Origin: a virus
Taxonomy: Duplodnaviria > Caudoviricetes
DNA length: 46,497 nt
IMG/VR virus record: IMGVR_UViG_3300020045_007216
Span: 1 to 46,497 of that record
Reading direction: 5' to 3' (one strand)
Position 1 is the stretch's first letter, and each line of letters opens with the position of its first letter. This document shows positions 16,770 through 25,838 of the stretch, one piece after another. The position numbers were made by a program, and so were the translations under genes. The notes under the pieces are model-generated. The model ran no database searches. It was not told where the DNA came from and saw only the letters and a program-made list of their open reading frames with translations.

Positions 16770-17122
16770 ACGCTCAAACACCCCTATTGCGTGACCGTGA
16801 AGGTCAGCCTTTCGCCGGTACAAAAGCCGAACTGGTCAAGCATAACAACAAGTTGTGCAAACGTGCATCACGCGCCAAGGCCTATCCAACTCTGGAACTG
16901 CCATTGCCCAAGGGTCTGGGCGAAGCGCTGTATCGAATCTGTCAGGCGGGCAGGTTTGAAGACCCGCGCGAGGCAGTCAGTCAGTTGATACTCGGCGCTG
17001 ATCGGATGATCGACCGTGACCGTCCCGGTTTTGATGAGCTTATTAAAGTGACCGTCACTATTGGTGACTTGGATAAGTGGCTGCCGATGATCGGTTTGCC
17101 GGTCGAGGATGAAACCGATTGA
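16766..17122 (+). CDS. Hypothetical protein
   Basis: ATG 16766 with GGAG SD, coupled to the YspA stop. Confidence 0.7.
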   Translation: MNAQTPLLRDREGQPFAGTKAELVKHNNKLCKRASRAKAYPTLELPLPKGLGEALYRICQAGRFEDPREAVSQLILGADRMIDRDRPGFDELIKVTVTIGDLDKWLPMIGLPVEDETD

Positions 17123-17147
17123 CACGATGTGCAAGGTCGAATAGCCT
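17119..17147 (+). promoter_or_regulatory. Promoter family copy
   Basis: TTGACA-CGATGTGCAAGGTCGAA-TAGCCT. Confidence 0.8.
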
Positions 17148-17175
17148 AACCTCCGTAACCCAAGGAGTTTGTTTA

Positions 17176-17352
17176 ATGGCCACTATCGCCGAGCAGGTTC
17201 GGTTGGAAAAAGACCCGTACCGGGCATCGATTAACCGTTTTGAAATTCGGACTTACGATCGCTGCGAACGCACTGTTACGTTTGTGTTCCGGGACGAAAG
17301 CCGCCTGGTTTTTTATATTACCTATGAGGTTCGACCCGATGATCAGCGATAA
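17176..17352 (+). CDS. Small hypothetical protein
   Basis: AAGGAG SD before ATG 17176. Confidence 0.7.
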   Translation: MATIAEQVRLEKDPYRASINRFEIRTYDRCERTVTFVFRDESRLVFYITYEVRPDDQR

Positions 17353-17620
17353 AACCCTGGACGAAACGCTGCTGGAAATGACGCGGTGCATGAATGCCTT
17401 GCAGGCGCTGCGCGAAGAGCGAAAGGGCGAAGCGCGCTATTGCCCAAAATTCGAATGCCCGCAGCATCGCCGGCGTCGTCTGCCCGGCAGCGGCTCCGTT
17501 TGCGAGCACTGTAATACGCACCTGGCTACCGACACTTCAGGGCCGAAACTTCACGCCGCCGTCAAGCGCGCAAGCCTCGACCTGACGCGTAAACTGGCAG
17601 ATTTGAGGGCTGGACGATGA
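17339..17620 (+). CDS. Hypothetical protein with Cys motif
   Basis: GAGG SD before ATG 17339; CPKFEC...CEHC. Confidence 0.65.
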   Translation: MISDKTLDETLLEMTRCMNALQALREERKGEARYCPKFECPQHRRRRLPGSGSVCEHCNTHLATDTSGPKLHAAVKRASLDLTRKLADLRAGR

Positions 17621-18150
17621 AAAAAGTAGAAATGGCGCACGTTGTGAAGGCGCACCTGGAAGTACGCGGCTGCCCGGTGCTGACCAGTAACCAGTGCCAC
17701 TCAATCGCTGTGAACATTAACGATCAGATCGCCGCCGCCCCGCAGCCGCCAGCGCTCGGCGGGGATCTGGAAGTCAAGCGCTGGGAGCCCCGCAATACCG
17801 CGCTCGGTTACGACATGCAGCCGCGAGAGGATGGTTCTTTCGTGCTGTTCGATGCCTACGCCGTCCATGGCGCCCGGCTACAGGCCGAGGTCGAGCGGCT
17901 CCGAGGCGTCGTCGGGCAGGCACACATGGCTCTGATCGGCTACCTACCGGGCCATCGCAATGACGTGACGGACTCAGCAATCGCCGCTTGCGGCGCAGCA
18001 CTGGCCGAGGGCGCGAAGTCCGATCCGCAAGGCTGCAACGAATGCACGCACCCCGAATGCGGTCGTTATGAAGGGCCTCAAAAAGTCGAATGCCGGGCGA
18101 TGGCCGATAACGCCTGTGCCCGGCCTACTGCCGAGGGCGCGAAGTCATGA
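17617..18150 (+). CDS. Mosaic accessory protein
   Basis: ATGA coupling; AEGAKS duplicated at the C-terminus. Confidence 0.65.
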   Translation: MKKVEMAHVVKAHLEVRGCPVLTSNQCHSIAVNINDQIAAAPQPPALGGDLEVKRWEPRNTALGYDMQPREDGSFVLFDAYAVHGARLQAEVERLRGVVGQAHMALIGYLPGHRNDVTDSAIAACGAALAEGAKSDPQGCNECTHPECGRYEGPQKVECRAMADNACARPTAEGAKS

Positions 18151-18236
18151 GCGCCTACATAACCACCGACGATAACGACGGCGACGAAGTGGAATGGACG
18201 TGGGGCCAAAAGCCCGAGGATAGTGAAGATGACTGA
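18147..18236 (+). CDS. Tiny acidic peptide (29 aa; not in the ORF track)
   Basis: MSAYITTDDNDGDEVEWTWGQKPEDSEDD; coupled to both neighbours. Confidence 0.4.
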   Translation: MSAYITTDDNDGDEVEWTWGQKPEDSEDD

Positions 18237-18792
18237 CACACAGAAAGACACAGTGAGCGTGTCGCGTGAACGCTTCGCAGCATGGGCGGAACGCCTTGAG
18301 CTTGCAGATAGCGGATTCCCCGGATCGGTTCCTTTCCTGCCCGAGCTGCGCGCCATCCTCGCCCAGCCAGCCGAGCAGCAGGATGAGCCGGTGGCGTGGC
18401 TCGATCTGGAAAAACTGAAACCGGGCGGCATGGCGTATGCAACCGCAATGAAAGTCAACCATCGGCAGGTGCCGCTCTACCGCCGCCCTGCCGCTCAGGC
18501 GGTGAAGACCGAAGATCAGGAACAAGCCTCGTTCGTTGAGTGGGCTAATTCCGAGTACGGTATTACTGACGGGTATGAGCTGAATCTTAAAAATGTGGAC
18601 TTGGTCCAAAACCGCAAGGGCTGGATGGCCCGCGCCAATCTCGAAACTGGGACAGCTCAGGCGGTGAAGTTGCCGAAGCGGATGCCTACCGGGAATATCA
18701 CCGTGCCGCACCATGACTTACCGCCGGGCGTGCGCGAGGGTTGGAACCCGTGCCTCGACGCAGTAGCCAAGCTCAACGGTATCGAGCCATGA
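18229..18792 (+). CDS. Mosaic accessory protein (EPVAW...VPLY...GWN type)
   Basis: GAGGA SD; motifs typical of variable early phage proteins; AQAVK duplicated. Confidence 0.65.
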   Translation: MTDTQKDTVSVSRERFAAWAERLELADSGFPGSVPFLPELRAILAQPAEQQDEPVAWLDLEKLKPGGMAYATAMKVNHRQVPLYRRPAAQAVKTEDQEQASFVEWANSEYGITDGYELNLKNVDLVQNRKGWMARANLETGTAQAVKLPKRMPTGNITVPHHDLPPGVREGWNPCLDAVAKLNGIEP

Positions 18793-19040
18793 CTGCATTC
18801 AAACAGGAAGATATCGACCTGGCGCTAAAGATGCGGGACCAGGGAATAAAGTGGACTGAAATCGAGAAGGCCACTCGAAAGGGGATCTTGCAGGCGATCA
18901 GCTATCGCCGATTGCGTGGCTACATGACGCACAAACAGGGCCACTTCCATTGCGAGGGATGCAAAACCCTTATCCATTGCCGGCGTTATTTCTGTAGCGC
19001 TTGCGGGCGGATAACGCCGCACGGCAAATCCGTACGATAG
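18789..19040 (+). CDS. Small HTH plus Zn-ribbon protein
   Basis: ALKMRDQGIKWTEIEK; CEGC...CSAC; ATGA coupling. Confidence 0.6.
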   Translation: MTAFKQEDIDLALKMRDQGIKWTEIEKATRKGILQAISYRRLRGYMTHKQGHFHCEGCKTLIHCRRYFCSACGRITPHGKSVR

Positions 19041-19060
19041 CCCCTTAGCCGGGGCTTTTT
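19039..19060 (+). terminator. Intrinsic terminator
   Basis: AGCCCC-TTAGCC-GGGGCT-TTT. Confidence 0.75.
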
Positions 19061-19141
19061 AATGCCTGATATAAATCACCTATTGGCCTTTTCTAGTCGT
19101 TATAGGTTAGTTTATGTCCCAATTGACCGGAGTGACGCCTA

Positions 19142-19516
19142 ATGCCTACCCCCCTTTCCGCCCAGCAGCTTGCTGATGTGCTGGCGATCAGCGTAAAGAC
19201 CGTGCACCAAATGACCCGCGACGGCCAGTTGCCACACTACCGAATCGGCGCTGGCACCATCCGCTACACCCTTGAAGACGTGCTGGCCCGCACTGCCGTC
19301 AACCAGCACCCCGATGACGAAGCCGTGGACCGTTTCGCCGCTGCGATGCACGCCAAGATGGCAGCGGCTCGGGCGAAGGGGAAAGAGGGCTGGGACGACC
19401 CGGAGCGGTGCACGGACGATCGGCTGTTGAACCTGCTGAACGCCGGGTATCTGGCCCGTGACTGGGTCGACGTTGCGAACTACGCCATGATGCTGTGGGC
19501 GCGGGGTGCGAAATGA
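19142..19516 (+). CDS. Excisionase-like HTH DNA-binding protein with C-terminal helical domain
   Basis: LSAQQLADVLAISVKTVHQMTRDGQLPHYRIG...IRY. Confidence 0.75.
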   Translation: MPTPLSAQQLADVLAISVKTVHQMTRDGQLPHYRIGAGTIRYTLEDVLARTAVNQHPDDEAVDRFAAAMHAKMAAARAKGKEGWDDPERCTDDRLLNLLNAGYLARDWVDVANYAMMLWARGAK

Positions 19517-19785
19517 GCCTGTTTCAGTGCTACGAATGCGGGTGTTGTGAAAATACCGCCCTTTGCGATTTCTGGTCAAACATGTGCGATGCCGAAGCCC
19601 GTACTTTTCGCGGGGTTGCTAGCAAATCGTGGATGCTCTGTTCTGCCTGCGACCCTAAGCTTAAAAAGTGGCACGGCGAATTTGATCGGGTTTTTCTACC
19701 GAAATCAGCTTTTCACACGAACGGCTCCGGCAACCTTCAGCACACCGACTCAGGCAGTACCGCCTTTCGGGACTTCGCTCTATGA
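19513..19785 (+). CDS. Cys-rich hypothetical protein
   Basis: MSLFQCYECGCCENTA...LCSAC; ATGA coupling. Confidence 0.65.
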   Translation: MSLFQCYECGCCENTALCDFWSNMCDAEARTFRGVASKSWMLCSACDPKLKKWHGEFDRVFLPKSAFHTNGSGNLQHTDSGSTAFRDFAL

Positions 19786-22466
19786 CCCAATCAACCATGC
19801 ACCAGTGGGCCCGGTATTACGCTGGTCTGGGCTGGCACGTTTTCCCGCTCGTGGCGGGCACCAAGTCACCTTTCAAGGGCTCCAAGGGCTCGACCGAAGC
19901 AACGACCGACCTGGCGCAGATTGATGCGTGGTGGACCGCGCACCCTGACGCGAATATCGGCACGCGGCCATCCGCCGGCGGGCTGTACGTGTTCGATGTC
20001 GACCCGCGTAACGGCGGCGATCAGGATTACGCAGCGCTGTGCGCCATGCACGGCGAAATCGACAGTTACCTGCGGGTCAATTCACCGGGCGGAGGTTTTC
20101 ACCTCTATTACGCAGCGCCGCAGCGCGCCGATGCGACTTACCTGAGCCAGCCTAGCGGTCTGGTCGGCGGTAGTGGGATCGACGGCAAGTACAACGGCTA
20201 TGCGGTGTTGCCCCCTTCCCGGCACCCGAACGGCGGCCTGTATGCCTGGGACGAAGGCGTGCTGCCGTCTCAGGAATCTGCAACCCCGATCCCGCAATGG
20301 CTGATCCAGGTTCGCGCACCCCGCCCGCAGCGCCAAGCAACCGATTATGCCGGTGACCTGAACGACGTTGAGCGGATCATGCAGGCGCTGGCCAACCGGG
20401 ACCCCGAGGATTATCACAGTTGGCAACAGGGTATCGCATCTATTCGGCACTGGGAGGATCACACTGAAGGCGCTGAGGGCGTTGGTTATGAACTGGCCCG
20501 ACAGTGGTCCGAAACGTCGCCCAAGCACGACGACGGGGCGTTCGAGGACAAGTGGAACAGTCACGACAGCTTCAAGCCAGGTGCGCGTGGGCTGGGTTCG
20601 CTGTTGCACGAGGCCGGTATGACTGCTGCCCAGCGCGTTCCGGTCGATGCCGCTGCGGCTTTCACGACATTTCCGCCGGCGGTCACCGCTGCGGCACCGC
20701 GCCCTATCGACTGGACGACGACCGCCGTGCCGTTGTTCAAAGGCTGCACGGACCCTGTCGACGTCCTGGCCGAACTGCAAAACAGCGATACCCGCGATTT
20801 CTCTGCGCGCTGGGCGGCCGGCGATGTGGGTACCCTGATCGATGACTTGTGCTGGAAGGCCGGCGGCAACTGCCAGGTGGTGCTGGACGCGCTGTGCATG
20901 CACCCGAGCATTGGGCCAAGTGGTGACACGCCGGAACTGCGCGCCTGGATCGCTCACAACTGCGCAACCCGAACGACCTGGGCAACCGTTGGCCGCCTCA
21001 CCGCCGAACAGGTGGCTGCCGGTTGCGAACGCATCGAGGTCGACGATGGCAAGCTGGTGGCCGCCGAGCGCGCCATCATCAAGGCACTGCCGGCGTTCCC
21101 GAACCTGTTCCAGCGTAATCAGCAGCTGGTCAGCGTCCTTCCGGATGGGCGAATCCTGAAACACACGCTCAACACGATCGCTTCCGAAGTCGAGACGCAT
21201 ATGCGGGTCGAGAAGGGCGGCAAGGGTCAGCCGGCGAAGTTACCGGGCGAGCTGATGCGGCGTGTGGTCGAACGCGAGTGGTTCCCGGGCGTTGGCGAAA
21301 TCAAAGCGGCCGTGCCCCTGCCGGTGGTGCGTGCGGATGGGTCTGTGGCGTCAGAAGAGGGGCTGGACGAACGCACCGGCCTCTATGTGCTCAAGGGTGC
21401 CGCCCGCGCGCCGCGGTTACTGGACACACAGGGTATGGCGGATGCACTGGCCAGGGTATGGGCGCCGTTTGCGGAATTCCCTTTCGCTGATCAGTCGGCC
21501 AAGGCGGTGTGCCTGGCTGCGATGTTCACTGCCGTTTGCCGGCCAGCCCTGGTTACCGCGCCTGCCTTCATCGTCAACGCTCAGACGTATGGCACGGGTA
21601 AAACCCTGCTATCTACCGCGCTGCTGTCTCTGACCGGTTCAGACGTCAGTATCTCGGCGATCAGCAGCGACGGTCAGGAGCAGGCAAAGCAATTGACGGC
21701 CATTCTGGATGAGGGGCCCCTGGCGGTGATGTTCGACAACGTGAAAGGGTTCCTCAAGGACTCCAGTGATTTCTGCATGGCGTTGACTTCACCTGTCTAC
21801 AAGGGCCGGCTTCTTGGCCAGTCGAAAATGCTCAAACTGCCGAACCGTGCGGTCTGGGTACTGAACGGCAACAACGTGGGTGTATCTGGGGACGCCGTTC
21901 GCCGCATCTTGCCGATAAACCTAAACAGCGATGAAAACCCCGAGTTGCGCAAGCACGCCTTCGACCCGGTCCAGGTGATTCGTGAAGGGGTTGAAGCGCT
22001 GCGTGCGGACCTGGTCGATCTGCTGTCGACCTATTCGGTTTACGGGCGCCAGGCGACCCGTGCCGGGATGGGGGGTTATGCATCGTTCGAGGACTGGAAT
22101 GGGCTGGTGCGCGGTGCAGTGGTATGGCTGGGCTGGGGTGACCCGATTCAGGAAATGCAGGCGCAGCAGGATGCGGACCCTGAGGTGCAGAAACTGGAGC
22201 TGTTCATGCTGGGGTGGGAGCAGAGGTTTCCCCAGGGCGGGGAATTCACGCTACACGAGCTACAGCACTTGCCTGTTGACGCTGTCGGCCACCCACTATG
22301 GCTTGAAGCGATGGAGCTGATCAACGTCGACCATCAGGGCCGGATCAACACCCAGCGGATGGGGTGGTTCATGCGGTCAATGAAAGGCAGGGCGCTGGGC
22401 GGCAAAAAAATAGTCGGAAAAATGGACGGTCATCGACGAACGCGCTGGAGTCTGGAGAAATTATAA
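19782..22466 (+). CDS. Bifunctional primase-polymerase with PriCT-like and C-terminal P-loop/helicase domains
   Basis: GWHVFPL...ANIG...VFDVDPRN...GGFHLYY...LPPSRHP; GTGKT; FDNV. Confidence 0.88.
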   Translation: MTQSTMHQWARYYAGLGWHVFPLVAGTKSPFKGSKGSTEATTDLAQIDAWWTAHPDANIGTRPSAGGLYVFDVDPRNGGDQDYAALCAMHGEIDSYLRVNSPGGGFHLYYAAPQRADATYLSQPSGLVGGSGIDGKYNGYAVLPPSRHPNGGLYAWDEGVLPSQESATPIPQWLIQVRAPRPQRQATDYAGDLNDVERIMQALANRDPEDYHSWQQGIASIRHWEDHTEGAEGVGYELARQWSETSPKHDDGAFEDKWNSHDSFKPGARGLGSLLHEAGMTAAQRVPVDAAAAFTTFPPAVTAAAPRPIDWTTTAVPLFKGCTDPVDVLAELQNSDTRDFSARWAAGDVGTLIDDLCWKAGGNCQVVLDALCMHPSIGPSGDTPELRAWIAHNCATRTTWATVGRLTAEQVAAGCERIEVDDGKLVAAERAIIKALPAFPNLFQRNQQLVSVLPDGRILKHTLNTIASEVETHMRVEKGGKGQPAKLPGELMRRVVEREWFPGVGEIKAAVPLPVVRADGSVASEEGLDERTGLYVLKGAARAPRLLDTQGMADALARVWAPFAEFPFADQSAKAVCLAAMFTAVCRPALVTAPAFIVNAQTYGTGKTLLSTALLSLTGSDVSISAISSDGQEQAKQLTAILDEGPLAVMFDNVKGFLKDSSDFCMALTSPVYKGRLLGQSKMLKLPNRAVWVLNGNNVGVSGDAVRRILPINLNSDENPELRKHAFDPVQVIREGVEALRADLVDLLSTYSVYGRQATRAGMGGYASFEDWNGLVRGAVVWLGWGDPIQEMQAQQDADPEVQKLELFMLGWEQRFPQGGEFTLHELQHLPVDAVGHPLWLEAMELINVDHQGRINTQRMGWFMRSMKGRALGGKKIVGKMDGHRRTRWSLEKL

Positions 22467-22907
22467 AATTAGCCCCGCCTTTGAGCGGGGTTTTTAATTT
22501 CTATAAATCGTAAAATTTATAATGAATCACTGCTGTCCGATATAAATTTATAATAGTTGTGCGACATGCGACATGGTTTGCGACATACAGTGCGACATGG
22601 TTTTGAGTATGTCGCATCGCTGAGAGCCTTTAAACCCGGAGCTTTCGGGAACCTATGCGACATAGGCGACATACTTTTAAGTTAAATGATTGTAATAATT
22701 ATAAGGCGTTGCGGGCATGACGCCGGTGGCGCTGGGCTGCGCGGCCACGGCTGGGGCTGCGGGAGACCGAAAACATGTCGCATATCGCGCATATGTCGCA
22801 TATCGCGCACTTTTTTCAACAGAATCAACAACTTGCGACATGCGACCATGGTTGCGACACCCCTAAAAACCATGCGACATAGATTTGAGTGTCGAAATTA
22901 TAAAATT
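22457..22907. repeat. Iteron-like GCGACA array with AT-rich flanks; putative replication origin or packaging site
   Basis: 12 exact GCGACA (9 on +, 3 on -); flanking 14-bp direct repeat GAAATTATAAAATT; non-coding, between primase and terS. Confidence 0.7.
22471..22496 (+). terminator. Intrinsic terminator after the primase gene
   Basis: CCCGC-CTTTGA-GCGGG followed by a T tract. Confidence 0.7.
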
Positions 22908-23008
22908 TTAGGGATTTATCGCCGGTCGGGGCGCACGGCCGTTCAGCGCCAAGCACCTTAAAGAATGGTATATTCGACCCTAACTACACCGACTAAAGGC
23001 ACAAGGCG

Positions 23009-23734
23009 ATGGCCGAGTATGCTGACCGCTTCAACGAGCTGAACGCTCGTGAACAGGAGTTGATCCTGCGTTACGAGGAGACGCTCGACCCCTATAACAG
23101 CGCACTGGCCGCAGGCTACGAACGCTCGGTGGCGAGGACCTGTGCCTACAGCTGGTTCAAGCAACCGCACCTCAAGCCGGCCTTCTACCAGACGGCGATG
23201 TTCCGCAAGGCCAAGCGCCTGGAACAGCACCACGTCACCGCTGAGGAGCTCAAGCACCGGGTCTGGCTGATCGCTACTGCCGATCCAGCGGAACTGGTCA
23301 CGCACGTCCGTAGGGGCTGCCGGCATTGCCACGGCGAGGGATTCGGCTACCAGTGGAAGGAGCACGAATTTGAGGCTGCACTGGCCAAGCATGACAACAA
23401 CCCCAAGGACTGCCCGATGCCCGACTGGGGCGGGGGTATGGGCTTTCGGTCCCTGGCCGACCCTAACCCCGATTGCCCGTACTGTGAGGGTCAGGGACAT
23501 GAAGAGGTTATGCCGACCGACTTCCGGGACCTGAGCGAAGCCGGCAGGGCGCTGTACAAGGGCATCAAGCCCACGAAGTTCGGCTATGAGATTCTGATGC
23601 ACGACCAGCACGCCGCCCGCCTGTTCTACGCCCAGCTGACCGGCGCTATCGTCGATCGCAAGGAACTGACTGGCCGGAACGGCGAACCCCTGGCCGCCTT
23701 GCCGACGACCATTACCCTGGTGGCGGCTGAATGA
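23009..23734 (+). CDS. terS: Terminase small subunit with Cys4 insertion
   Basis: Precedes terL; SALAAGY HTH-like start; CRHC...CPYC; C-terminal RKELTGRNGEPL. Confidence 0.8.
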   Translation: MAEYADRFNELNAREQELILRYEETLDPYNSALAAGYERSVARTCAYSWFKQPHLKPAFYQTAMFRKAKRLEQHHVTAEELKHRVWLIATADPAELVTHVRRGCRHCHGEGFGYQWKEHEFEAALAKHDNNPKDCPMPDWGGGMGFRSLADPNPDCPYCEGQGHEEVMPTDFRDLSEAGRALYKGIKPTKFGYEILMHDQHAARLFYAQLTGAIVDRKELTGRNGEPLAALPTTITLVAAE

Positions 23735-25011
23735 CGAACGCCGTGGTGAAACTTCCGCCTAAACTGGTGTCGATATTCGCCCCGGCCAGGGGGTCGGTGC
23801 AGTACCGCGGGGCGTGGGGCGGTCGGGGGTCAGGCAAGTCGATGAACTTCGCCAAGATGGCCGCGATCTGGGGCGTCGTTTACCCCCTGCGCGTACTGTG
23901 CGTGCGCGAGATTCAGGCGTCGATCAAGGAGTCATTTCACGCCGAGCTGAAGGCAGCCATTGAATCCGAGCACTGGCTGGCCAACGCCTACGATGTCGGC
24001 AAGGATTATTTGCGCAGCAGGGTCAACCAGACCGAATTCCTGTTCAAAGGGTTGTATTCGAACCTGACCAGTGTCAAGTCCACGGCTAAAGTCGGTCTGA
24101 CGATCGTTGAAGAGGCGGAGGACGTCAGCGAGGAGGCATGGCTGGCCCTGGAGGCCACGGTCCTGCGTGAGCCGGATTCGGAGCTCTGGGCGCTGTGGAA
24201 CCCGAAGCTCGAAGGCTCACCGGTCGACAAGCGTTTCAGGGGCTCGGACACCGAACCGGCCATGTACCCCGGCGCCCTCATCGCCGAAATGAATTACCGC
24301 GACAACCCGTGGTTCCCTGCCGGCCTGGAAACCCTGCGCCTGGCTCAAAAAACATCGCTCGATAAGGAGACTTACGCCTGGATCTGGGAAGGGCAATATC
24401 TCAAGAAATCCAAGGCGTCGATTCTCGGCCACCACTGGGATGAGGGGGTGCGGTTTCCAGACGATACGTGGCTGGGCCCATACCACGGCCTCGACTTCGG
24501 GTTTGCGCAGGATCCAACGGCAGCCGTCCGGTGCTGGATCAGCCCCGACGAAACCGAGCTGTACATCGACGCCGAGGCGGGCCAGGTCGGATTGGAGCTC
24601 GACGACACAGCTAAATTCGTCAAGGAGCGCATACCGGGCATCGAGAAACACCAGGTTGTCGCCGATAGCGCACGGCCTGAGTCGATAGCCCATCTGGCGC
24701 GCGCGAAGGGCCCGAACGGCCTCAACAAGGACCACTATTTGCCGTACATCGAAGGCGCCGTGAAGGGCCAGGGCTCGGTCGAAGACGGCCTGGACCACCT
24801 CAAGACCTACAAAATCATCGTGCACCCGGCCTGCCCCAAGACACAGGAAGAGCTCAAGAAGTACAGCTACAAGGTCGACAGGCTCACAGGCGAGGTGCTG
24901 CCGATTATCGTCGACAAGTGGAACCACTACATCGACGCCCTGCGCTATGCACTGGAGAAAGTCATGAAGGCCAAGGGCAACATGCTGGGTATTCTGCTGA
25001 AAAGGCGTTGA
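23731..25011 (+). CDS. terL: Terminase large subunit (PBSX-family)
   Basis: GGRGSGKS, IVEEAE, WNP, GLDFGFAQDP, ADSARPE, NHYIDALRYA. Confidence 0.95.
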   Translation: MTNAVVKLPPKLVSIFAPARGSVQYRGAWGGRGSGKSMNFAKMAAIWGVVYPLRVLCVREIQASIKESFHAELKAAIESEHWLANAYDVGKDYLRSRVNQTEFLFKGLYSNLTSVKSTAKVGLTIVEEAEDVSEEAWLALEATVLREPDSELWALWNPKLEGSPVDKRFRGSDTEPAMYPGALIAEMNYRDNPWFPAGLETLRLAQKTSLDKETYAWIWEGQYLKKSKASILGHHWDEGVRFPDDTWLGPYHGLDFGFAQDPTAAVRCWISPDETELYIDAEAGQVGLELDDTAKFVKERIPGIEKHQVVADSARPESIAHLARAKGPNGLNKDHYLPYIEGAVKGQGSVEDGLDHLKTYKIIVHPACPKTQEELKKYSYKVDRLTGEVLPIIVDKWNHYIDALRYALEKVMKAKGNMLGILLKRR

Positions 25012-25036
25012 CACGGGCGCTAAGGGCGGATAAGTT
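25008..25036 (+). promoter_or_regulatory. Promoter family copy driving the tRNA/ncRNA cluster
   Basis: TTGACA-CGGGCGCTAAGGGCGGA-TAAGTT. Confidence 0.7.
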
Positions 25037-25042
25037 AGCGCC

Positions 25043-25137
25043 TGTCGATGAGGCTGCTGCAAAGGATATGAGGCTCCGAGGCTTAGAGCTGTAAACGCCT
25101 TGCAGGGTGCCGAACAACTGCTATTCGGCGATCGACA
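25043..25137 (+). ncRNA. Putative multibranch structured RNA upstream of the tRNA
   Basis: TGTCGAT/ATCGACA closing stem; CTGCAAAGG/CCTTGCAG and GCCGAA/TTCGGC inner stems. Confidence 0.45.
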
Positions 25138-25142
25138 AACAC

Positions 25143-25219
25143 GCAGCCGTAGCTCAGATGGTCAGAGCGCCCGCCTGTCACGCGGGAGGCCGAGGGTTCG
25201 AAGCCCTTCGGTTGCGCCA
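25143..25219 (+). tRNA. tRNA-Asp(GTC) with encoded CCA
   Basis: Acceptor GCAGCCG/CGGTTGC; D arm GCTC/GAGC; anticodon arm CCCGC-CTGTCAC-GCGGG; GTTCGAAG T loop; 3' GCCA. Confidence 0.95.
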
Positions 25220-25223
25220 ACTT

Positions 25224-25838
25224 GAAACACCGCACACGCTGACTTCGGTCAGGTGGGTTTCTCTCAAGGCAATGCGGTATAGCCCTTGAGCTGTCCTAGG
25301 CAGTAGCAGCGCCGTTATCGTCTGGCGCGGTAGGCCCCTAGGAGGTAAACGATACGCTGGCCCGGCGTAATGGGCACATTTTATGGGTTCGCCTGGCTAG
25401 GGCTTTGACGTTTGCAAACCGGAAAACGGCGTCAAGGTGAGAGGTTCAAATCCTCCACGTTTACCCACCGAAAAAGACCGCGGAAATGACGGGCTCCATA
25501 ACCCAATCCATGAAAGCGGCAGGCGTAGCAGAATGCGCCGGTAACGTCGAACGAAGCTAGAAGGCTCGTTTTCTGCACCTGAGACCCGGCAGCCTTCTCA
25601 CCTGCCCAGCCCGCACACGCGGAACCTATAGCCCTAAGCGCTCGAATGCCGGCACGGACTACATCGCAAACGTCCAGCCACTACTTGTCGAGCGCTTAGG
25701 GGTGTAGGTGAAAACCTGACCCAGCAGGTGCCGAAACAGACCTGGGAAGCCATGACGGCCACCTGCACAAGCGCCAGGGGTGTTAATCGGAATAGGCATC
25801 CGAGCATCAAGGCCAGTCGGCCGAGGGCTTCGCCCCAT
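25224..25838 (+). ncRNA. Array of putative structured RNA elements co-transcribed with tRNA-Asp
   Basis: No credible ORF; consecutive self-contained stems, including a tRNA-like unit, a pseudoknot and a 14+7-bp helix. Confidence 0.55.

Noticed and set aside
19142-19516. Excisionase indicating a temperate lifestyle
   Set aside because: No integrase, att site or CI/Cro pair found; this HTH family is common as a general regulator
22682-22961. Short ORFs in the repeat region
   Set aside because: Translations merely reflect the GCGACA repeats; no RBS
25039-25130. Hammerhead look-alike (TCGATGA-GGC...GCC-GAAC)
   Set aside because: Lacks CUGANGA and GAAA, and has no stem III/NUH arrangement; kept only as a generic structured RNA
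25629-25640. AGCCCTAAGCG resembling the pistol ribozyme core (also GTGTTAGTGCCACG at ~25929)
   Set aside because: The first is fully paired in a long hairpin; the second has no pseudoknot partner
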